Origin: Ostrea edulis
Taxonomy: Eukaryota
Assembly: GCF_947568905.1 (NCBI RefSeq)
Contig: NC_079169.1
Coordinates: 7,130,001-7,194,000, forward strand
Length of the DNA: 64,000 bases
Direction of reading: 5' to 3'
The translations under genes and the position numbers were made by a program. Below are positions 13,001 through 23,500 of this stretch, piece by piece. Under the pieces are notes generated by a model. It saw only the letters and a program-made list of their open reading frames with translations, searched no databases and was not told where the DNA came from. Numbering within the stretch: the first letter of the stretch is position 1; every line of letters starts with the position of its first letter.

Positions 13001-16000
13001 GGTAAAAATAAGCTGAAAGGTGGCATTCTGAAATAAATTGTGTACTCGGTAAACAGTGAATAAAGGATTCTATGATAAACAAACAAATTTAAAGGACTGA
13101 GGCCAACAGAGAACTCCATGGTCAGCCATCAAACCCACAGGGTCGAGGCCAACAGAGGATTCCATGGTCAGCCATCAAACGCACAGGATTGAGGCAAACA
13201 GAGGATTCCACGGTCAGCCATCAAACCCAAAGGGTTGAGCGCCAACAGAAAACTCCACGGTCAGCCATCAAAACCACAGGGCCGAGGCCAACAGAAAACT
13301 CCACGGTCAGCCAACAAAACCTTTGGTTTACTGTAACTAATTAAATAATTGATCATATTAAGAAATTCTATAATAAAATTAATTCAAGGCTGAAAAAGTG
13401 TGAAGAAATACGTTGTAAGTTTTGGTTGGTTGTATATTGTTTAGCGTCCCTCTTGAGAATCTTTCACTGATATGGAGTCGTCACCATGATTGCCGGTGAA
13501 GGGTTGCAAAAAGACCTATGCTCAGCGCTTATGGCCTTTGAGCAAGGAGGGATCTTTTAAATTATCGTGCCACACCTGCTGTGATACAGGACCTCAGTTT
13601 TTGCAGTCTCATCTGATGGACCACCCCATTTTGTCGCCTCTTATGACAAGCAAGGGGTAGCAAAAAAGTGGTCAATATCAGTATTGACTGGGCCGGTGGT
13701 CAATACTGGTTAAAACTGGTCAATACTGGTCGATTGAAAATTATTTGGTCATTATATAGTCTGTGTTATTTATTTTAAATGTTTAAGTGACCATTATGGT
13801 AAATACTGTAATTCATAACATGCACTATCAGTTTATAATATACTTACAAGTCATAATATTGAATAAATAACGTGCAAATGACTCTGTTGAATTGGGGAAG
13901 ATGTAAAAGTTTCTGTTCAAATTCCTTATAAGTTTAACAAGAACTACCTATATTAAAGTAATGTTTCATCAATCTTCATATTAATTGTTAAATAAACATT
14001 TGAGGGGGTGGGTTGGTGATGTTCTCATAACAATAACATGCACACTGGTAATCTCTGGTCCCAGCCTATGCTTATTTAAAACACCTGTCAACTCTGCTTC
14101 CTGTGCTCAGGTAATGTCCAGCTACCTTTTATTCTTAATCTGTCCAGGTACATGTATTAACAGGTCTGTCTCCAATTGTCAAGCTAATGTATAGAACTGT
14201 GACCCTCTGGTAGGTACTGAAGATATTTCATTCAGTTTCAGCTAACCAAATATATTAAACTTATGAAATTACATTTGATTATCTAATGAAAAATATTAAT
14301 CAACAATTGATCCATATAAAGAAAAGACTTAATTTATCTTATCTTTGCAAAAAATGTACAAAAATTGGAAAATGGACAGTTTAAATCACAACTGACCAGT
14401 ATTGACCACTTGGGGAGTATTGACTGGGACGGTTAAAACCACTGGTTAAAACCGGGGGTGGTTTTAACCGCCCAACCCTGGCGAGGGGTACTTAGGACCT
14501 ATTCTGACCCAGGTCCCCATGGGACGGAACACCACTAGGTATTATTACCTGTGCAGCATGGTCTCTGGCTGGAGATTGCACCACATTTTCCCATGTGACA
14601 ACAAGTGCTGTGTTTGGTTCGAAAGATCCAGCCACACTGCTATCTCGAAAGTTTTCCACCACCAATGATTGTACTTTGGACAAAACAGAGGAAACATCTG
14701 AGGCTCCAGCATCTTCAAATCTATTGTACAATTGGTACCAGATTTTCGAGTCACTCTTCATGTCAATATCTGACCAGAAAGGAGCCACCATTTTCTGTGG
14801 GTTGTTGTTCGGGTCCAGAGAGGCAGGATTAGGACTTTCAAAGTTTGAGTCAAGCGTGATGTATCCATTGGTATAAATCTGGAAAAAAATAAAATAAAAA
14901 CAGTACTGATCATCGTGAGAGCAAGATTGCATCCAGCCAGGAAAATGATCACATCCGCCCTATATGTTCTAATCATGTTTACTACATACATTTAAATATA
15001 TAGTTTTAGAAAAGATCCATCTCCATCTGGCCACCTTAAGTTTTCAGAATCTGATTCTTATATACTGCATGCATGTGTATTGTCTTTACTTGCCCATCGG
15101 TGCCTGATTTGGTAATATATACTATTCAATCCTATACTAGATATTTTATTAATATGTACTGTAATTTAGGTGAAAATCTACTTAGCTGGACTGGCAGGAA
15201 TTGACATATGTCTCGCAATCAACTGATCATAATTTTTTTCCCATCAATTCCAACATTGCATTTGGAAAAACAAGTATCAAAGTCCTAAAAGCTGCTTTCT
15301 TGGAAATTGGCCTTTTTATATTCGCTGTCTATACAGTATAGTCAACCGTGACATAATATCTCTTAAAGACTTTTTCATAATTCATTTGAAATAAAATCTG
15401 TAAAAGACGTCAGTTTCGAAATAAAAGCAGATTCTATGTAGAACATTTAAGTGTAAGTGATGCAGAGCAGAACCGACAGTCAGTGAGGAAGAAAGTGGTT
15501 TCTGTTTAAATATATGTGAATGTAGGAAAAACAAAATACTATCAAATGAAACGTTTCATTTAAGTGGAATCATAAAAACAATGTCATATTTACCAGCGCC
15601 ACTATCCTGGATATGATACGAACGACCAATAAAATAACGTGATAAAATAAGAATTCTGTGTATCTATAATTACTCCCTGCTTGCTTATCACTGAATTAGT
15701 TTGTGTATCAGTTGAATTCGGGTGATTAAACTACACATGAGAAACCTACTGACTAACTGAGCAGATTCTTTGAAACTTTATTTCCCAAAAGGCTCCGCAT
15801 GGAGCAGTAAAATCAACAACAATATCAAAAAATATGGACAGTACTAACTTGATTTTGTCAAGTATGTAAACAATTGTTTCGCGCCTTATTATGCACGAGA
15901 GTTCTCCAAAGGTAAATAACTCCGACAGTGAAGGACACTTTTGTCTGACTGATACTTGCCAAGCATATCAAAGTCCAGCTGTAACCAGAAATTGACAAGT

Positions 16001-17535
16001 TTCCATTGTATTATAGACCGAAAGATCCCGCTACAATTTACCATTTCGTGTAAGTTTTTAATTTGAGAAATTGATTAAAATTTATATTTGAAACAATAAT
16101 TAATTCTATTTTACAGAATGAGGTTTTTGCGTATTACTTTCATCAGAGAAATTATTCTGCACTGCACAAGCGAGTTCAAAGGGGTTAGGAAATAATCAGC
16201 TGACAACATACACATTGTTGTCATTAAATGGACTGGTTCAAATTTTTTATAAAGATAAAGATGTTTCTTTTGAATAAAATATTTTTCATTTTTGATGTTA
16301 AATCATTAAAAATATAACTTATTTAATGTTGACAGCCAAGATTTTGATAATATCAGCAATATTTCAATATTTTGTTATGTAAACAAAAACTGGTCTTTTG
16401 ATGTTTACAAACAAACCAGTGAAATGTGACTTTTTAAAATTTAAAGCATCTTGAGTTTTGCACAGTCAAAAATTTCAACATTTAGATGACACATTTTACC
16501 TAAAGAATGTTTGAAATGTGATAGATACATAATAAAACTTCGATTAATATCCATTTCTTTTGAAAACTTCGTAAACAATAACATACCGCAATCTTTGTTT
16601 ACAAAACAAATAATGATTTTCTAAAATGTGCTTCTGTGGTAATTTATAGCCTTAATTTTTAAAAACCTTTTACCCTTTAAACACATTAGACAGTAGATTT
16701 TGATCATTAAAAGTGAAAAACAAAATAGGGGGAGGGGTCGTGAATCAGTCCCTTTAAACCGGTAATTGACCTGCATGTAATTCAAGCTTGATCTCTTTGA
16801 TTTAAAAATCATATTGTGGGAACACAACACCCCCCCCCCCCCAAAAAAAACCCCACCATATGTGCCAATATTTCTATGTCTGATGAAGTTAGGCAATTCG
16901 AATTCTCTGCACGTCATCGAAGTGTTTGAAAACCATTTATATAGTCTGATTAATTCATATTTAGAGGGATAAAAGAGTAAGATTTTAAATTAATTAGTTG
17001 GTAGCAAATCGAATTCACTATATTCAGTTCATGTTGTCACATTCACCCCGATATTACACTCACTGAAGAAATATTTACTGATGCTGTTGCTGGGAGATAT
17101 ATCAGTTAAATGCATTTATGTTTTGTGCATTAAAGGAGTGTGACAAGTTATAAATCTGGGTTGGATAAAAATTACAGCAGCTTGGTAAACCTCCCCCTCC
17201 CCAACAATCACTCTAACGTGATTTACCTTTCTAAGTAGAAAGAAGTTTAATAACGTATTTTAAAATAATACATGTAATTACAAAGTGATTCGGAACTGGC
17301 CATTATTCAGAACTGGATATAAGACTGTCTTAGTACTCACAAAAATTCTGTTGGATATCACGCAGTCACATGTGATACCTATTGGGTTGTCAACAACAGC
17401 GACCAACAGGTCGTCACCGGATCTGCCTTGTACATCTCCCACTCCAAGTCCAAAGGGAAGCAATTCAGCAGAACCTGAAACGAACAGATGGACTTACACT
17501 ACCTAAACTGTCTTTAAAGATAGTCATTCAAAACT

Positions 17536-17588
<53 letters not shown>

Positions 17589-20500
17589 GATAGAATCAGC
17601 CATATGATAATTATATATACTTGTAGGTGACGTTGTACTTGTTGTTGATAGAGTGCTTGTAATTCCTTCACTTGAAAATGAAGTTTGCTCCGTGCTAATT
17701 GTTGTTTCAAAAAATACGGTTGTGCTAGCATCAATTGTCGTTGTTGTCGAACCTGTTTCTGTTGTGGAGATAGACTGTGTACTCGTGGAAGTGATTTCTG
17801 CAGCAGTTGTGCTACTCACTGTCGACGACCCCATGGTTTCTACTGTTGTGCTAGTTGTTTCTGGAATTGTAGATGTTGGTGTCGCTGCGGATGTAGATGT
17901 ACTGGCTTCACCTGTGACGGCTTCAGTCATAGTCTCTACTGGGTTTGTGGATTGTGCATTTGTTGTGGCAGCATCAGTAGAAGAAGTTGTTGTTGCGCTT
18001 GATTCTGTTGTAAAGCTTGCCTGTGTACTGGTAGAAGTCATTTCTACTGTTGTGGTGCCCTCTGTCGAAGATTCCGTATTTGTAGATGTTGATGTACCTG
18101 CGGATGTAGACATACTGGCTTCAGTTGTGGTGCTTTCAGTTGAACTTTCAACTGCGCTTGTAGATTGTGCAGTTGTTGTGCTAGCATCAGTAGTAGTTGT
18201 CGTTGCGCCTGATTCTGTTGTGGAACTAGACTGTGTACTGCTGGAAGCCATTTCTAGGGTTGTGCTACCGACTGTCGAAAACTCGGTTGTACCTACTTTT
18301 ATAGAATAAAATGGGATCCTATTAGTTATTATTTGATAACAGCATGTATGACATAACGTTCAATTAAAGGATACAAAATATCACTAAGATATTATAAATC
18401 TTTTTGCATTTGTCACTAATACCACACACCCTTTTGATATGAAAGACATCACCTAATACAAGAGGAAAAGACAACTTGCCTTCAGTAGAAGTCGTTGTAT
18501 CAACAATTGCTGATGCAGTTGTGGATCCAGAAGTAGATGTAGTGGGTTCAGATGTGATTGATTCTGATGTAGTCTCTGCTGTGCTTGAAGTATCTGCAGC
18601 TGAGGTGCTAGCGTCAGTACTGGTTGTTGTGCCTGCCTGTGTTGCTGTGCTAGCCTGTGAACTGATGGACGTGGGTTCAGCAGTTGAGATGCTGACTGTC
18701 GACGATTCCGTAGTTTCTACTGTTGTGCTAGCCATCTCTGCAGTTGTTGATGTTGGCGTGTGTGCGGATGTAGATATACCGGTTTCAGTTGTAATGGTTT
18801 CAGTTGTAGACTCAACCGTGCTTGTAGATTCAGGCGATGTTGTGCTACCATCAGTTAGGGTTGTTGTTGTGCCCGATTCTGTTGTGGAGATAAACTGTGT
18901 ACTTGTGGAATCCATTTCTGCAGTTGTGCCGCCCACTGTTGAGGACTCCGTGGTTTCAACTGTTGTGCTAGTTGTGTCTTGAATTGTAGATGTTGGTGCT
19001 GCTGCGGTTGTAGATGTGCTAGCTTCAGGTGTGGTGCCTTCAGTCGTAGTCTCAAGTGCGCTTGTAGATTCAGCAGCGGTTGTGTTAGCATCAGTTGTGG
19101 ATGCTGTTGCACCTGTTTCTGTTGTGGAGATAGACTGTGTACTCGTGGAAGTGATTTCTGCAGCAGTTGTGCTACTCACTGTCGACGACCCCATGGTTTC
19201 TACTGTTGTGCTAGTTGTTTCTGGAATTGTAGATGTTGGTGTCGCTGCGGATGTAGATGTACTGGCTTCACCTGTGACGGCTTCAGTCGTAGTCTCTACT
19301 GGGTTTGTGGATTGTGCATTTGTTGTGGCAGCATCAGTAGAAGAAGTTGTTGTTGCGCTTGATTCTGTTGTAAAGCTTGCCTGTGTACTGGTAGAAGTCA
19401 TTTCTACTGTTGTGGTACCCTCTGTCGAAAATTCCGTATTTGTAGATGTTGATGTACCTGCGGATGTAGACATACTGGCTTCAGTTGTGGTGCTTTCGGG
19501 TGAACTTTCAACTGCGCTTGTAGATTGTGCAGTTGTTGTGCTAGCATCAGTAGTAGTTGTCGTTGCGCCTGATTCTGTTGTGGAACTAGACTGTATACTA
19601 CTGGAAGCCATTTCTAGGGTTGTGCTACCAACTGTCGAAAACTCGGTTGTACCTAATTTTATAGAATAAAATGGGATCCTATTAGTTATTATTTGATAAC
19701 AGCATGTATGACATAACGTTCAATTAAAGGATACAAAATATCACTAAGATATTATAAATCTTTTTGCATTTGTCACTAATACCACACACCCTTTTGATAT
19801 GAAAGACATCACCTAATACAAGAGGAAAAGACAACTTGCCTTCAGTAGAAGTCGTTGTATCAACAATTGCTGATGCAGTTGTGGATCCAGAAGTAGATGT
19901 AGTGGGTTCAGATGTGATTGATTCTGATGTAGTCTCTGCTGTGCTTGAAGTATCTGCAGCTGAGGTGCTAGCGTCAGTACTGGTTGTTGTGCCTGCCTGT
20001 GTTGCTGTGCTAGCCTGTGAACTGATGGACGTGGGTTCAGCAGTTGAGATGCTGACTGTCGACGATTCCGTAGTTTCTACTGTTGTGCTAGCCATCTCTG
20101 CAGTTGTTGATGTTGGCGTGTGTGCGGATGTAGATATACCGGTTTCAGTTGTAATGGTTTCAGTTGTAGACTCAACCGTGCTTGTAGATTCAGGCGATGT
20201 TGTGCTACCATCAGTTAGGGTTGTTGTTGTGCCCGATTCTGTTGTGGAGATAAACTGTGTACTTGTGGAATCCATTTCTGCAGTTGTGCCGCCCACTGTT
20301 GAGGACTCCGTGGTTTCAACTGTTGTGCTAGTTGTGTCTTGAATTGTAGATGTTGGTGCTGCTGCGGTTGTAGATGTGCTAGCTTCAGGTGTGGTGCCTT
20401 CAGTCGTAGTCTCAAGTGCGCTTGTAGATTCAGCAGCGGTTGTGCTAGCATCAGTTGTGGATGCTGTTGCACCTGTTTCTGTTGTGGAGATAGACTGTGT

Positions 20501-23500
20501 ACTCGTGGAAGTGATTTCTGCAGCAGTTGTGCTACTCACTGTCGACGACCCCATGGTTTCTACTGTTGTGCTAGTTGTTTCTGGAATTGTAGATGTTGGT
20601 GTCGCTGCGGATGTAGATGTACTGGCTTCACCTGTGACGGCTTCAGTCGTAGTCTCTACTGGGTTTGTGGATTGTGCATTTGTTGTGGCAGCATCAGTAG
20701 AAGAAGTTGTTGTTGCGCTTGATTCTGTTGTAAAGCTTGCCTGTGTACTGGTAGAAGTCATTTCTACTGTTGTGGTGCCCTCTGTCGAAGATTCCGTATT
20801 TGTAGATGTTGATGTACCTGCGGATGTAGACATACTGGCTTCAGTTGTGGTGCTTTCGGGTGAACTTTCAACTGCGCTTGTAGATTGTGCAGTTGTTGTG
20901 CTAGCATCAGTAGTAGTTGTCGTTGCGCCTGATTCTGTTGTGGAACTAGACTGTGTACTGCTGGAAGCCATTTCTAGGGTTGTGCTACCGACTGTCGAAA
21001 ACTCGGTTGTACCTACTTTTATAGAATAAAATGGGATCCTATTAGTTATTATTTGATAACAGCATGTATGACATAACGTTCAATTAAAGGATACAAAATA
21101 TCACTAAGATATTTTAAATCTTTTTGCATTTGTCACTAATACCACACACCCTTTTGATATGAAAGACATCACCTAATACAAGGGGAAAAGACAACTTGCC
21201 TTCAGTAGAAGTCGTTGTATCAACAATTGCTGATGCAGTTGTGGATCCAGAAGTAGATGTAGTGGGTTCAGATGTGATTGATTCTGATGTAGTCTCTGCT
21301 GTGCTTGAAGTATCTGCAGCTGAGGTGCTAGCGTCAGTACTGGTTGTTGTTGTGCCTGCCTGTGTTGCTGTGCTAGCCTGTGAACTGATGGACGTGGGTT
21401 CAGCAGTTGTGATGCTGACTGTTGACGATTCCGTAGTTTCTACTGTTGTGCTAGCCATCTCTGCAGTTGTTGATGTTGGCGTGTGTGCAGATGTAGATAT
21501 ACCGGTTCCAGTTGTAATGGTTTCAGTTGTAGACTCAACCGTGCTTGTAGATTCAGGCGATGTTGTGCTACCATCAGTTAGGGTTGTTGTTGTGCCCGAT
21601 TCTGTTGTGGAGATAAACTGTGTACTTGTGGAAGCCATTTCTGCAGTTGTACCGCCCACTGTTGAGGACTCCGTAGTTTCAACTGTTGTGCTAGTTGTGT
21701 CTTGAATTGTAGATGTTGGTGCTGCTGCGGTTGTAGATGTGCTAGCTTCAGGTGTGGTGCCTTCAGTCGTAGTCTCAAGTGCGCTTGTAGATTCAGCAGC
21801 GGTTGTGCTAGCATCAGTTGTGGATGCTGTTGCACCTGTTTCTGTTGTGGAGATAGACTGTGTACTCGTGGAAGTGATTTCTGCAGCAGTTGTGCTACTC
21901 ACTGTCGACGACCCCATGGTTTCTACTGTTGTGCTAGTTGTTTCTGGAATTGTAGATGTTGGTGTCGCTGCGGATGTAGATGTACTGGCTTCACCTGTGA
22001 CGGCTTCAGTCATAGTCTCTACTGGGTTTGTGGATTGTGCATTTGTTGTGGCAGCATCAGTAGAAGAAGTTGTTGTTGCGCTTGATTCTGTTGTAAAGCT
22101 TGCCTGTGTACTGGTAGAAGTCATTTCTACTGTTGTGGTGCCCTCTGTCGAAGATTCCGTATTTGTAGATGTTGATGTACCTGCGGATGTAGACATACTG
22201 GCTTCAGTTGTGGTGCTTTCAGTTGAACTTTCAACTGCGCTTGTAGATTGTGCAGTTGTTGTGCTAGCATCAGTAGTAGTTGTCGTTGCGCCTGATTCTG
22301 TTGTGGAACTAGACTGTGTACTGCTGGAAGCCATTTCTAGGGTTGTGCTACCGACTGTCGAAAACTCGGTTGTACCTACTTTTATAGAATAAAATGGGAT
22401 CCTATTAGTTATTATTTGATAACAGCATGTATGACATAACGTTCAATTAAAGGATACAAAATATCACTAAGATATTTTAAATCTTTTTGCATTTGTCACT
22501 AATACCACACACCCTTTTGATATGAAAGACATCACCTAATACAAGAGGAAAAGACAACTTGCCTTCAGTAGAAGTCGTTGTATCAACAATTGCTGATGCA
22601 GTTGTGGATCCAGAAGTAGATGTAGTGGGTTCAGATGTGATTGATTCTGATGTAGTCTCTGCTGTGCTTGAAGTATCTGCAGCTGAGGTGCTAGTGTCAG
22701 TACTGGTTGTTGTGCCTGCCTGTGTTGCTGTGCTAGCCTGTGAACTGATGGACGTGGGTTCAGCAGTTGAGATGCTGACTGTCGACGATTCCGTAGTTTC
22801 TACTGTTGTGCTAGCCATCTCTGCAGTTGTTGATGTTGGCGTGTGTGCGGATGTAGATATACCGGTTTCAGTTGTAATGGTTTCAGTTGTAGACTCAACC
22901 GTGCTTGTAGATTCAGGCGATGTTGTGCTACCATCAGTTAGGGTTGTTGTTGTGCCCGATTCTGTTGTGGAGATAAACTGTGTACTTGTGGAATCCATTT
23001 CTGCAGTTGTGCCGCCCACTGTTGAGGACTCCGTGGTTTCAACTGTTGTGCTAGTTGTGTCTTGAATTGTAGATGTTGGTGCTGCTGCGGTTGTAGATGT
23101 GCTAGCTTCAGGTGTGGTGCCTTCAGTCGTAGTCTCAAGTGCGCTTGTAGATTCAGCAGCGGTTGTGCTAGCATCAGTTGTGGATGCTGTTGCACCTGTT
23201 TCTGTTGTGGAGATAGACTGTGTACTCGTGGAAGTGATTTCTGCAGCAGTTGTGCTACTCACTGTCGACGACCCCATGGTTTCTACTGTTGTGCTAGTTG
23301 TTTCTGGAATTGTAGATGTTGGTGTCGCTGCGGATGTAGATGTACTGGCTTCACCTGTGACGGCTTCAGTCGTAGTCTCTACTGGGTTTGTGGATTGTGC
23401 ATTTGTTGTGGCAGCATCAGTAGAAGAAGTTGTTGTTGCGCTTGATTCTGTTGTAAAGCTTGCCTGTGTACTGGTAGAAGTCATTTCTACTGTTGTGGTG

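Noticed and set aside
9296-13320. Short direct-repeat arrays as possible CRISPR arrays
   Set aside because: Units are head-to-tail with no unique spacers, there are no cas genes, and the context is a spliceosomal-intron gene.
15363-16757. Possible TTAA-flanked (Kolobok-like) non-autonomous element ending in gaatcagtccct|ttaa
   Set aside because: The right end looks typical, but no convincing matching left TIR could be identified by eye; it needs a repeat-library search.
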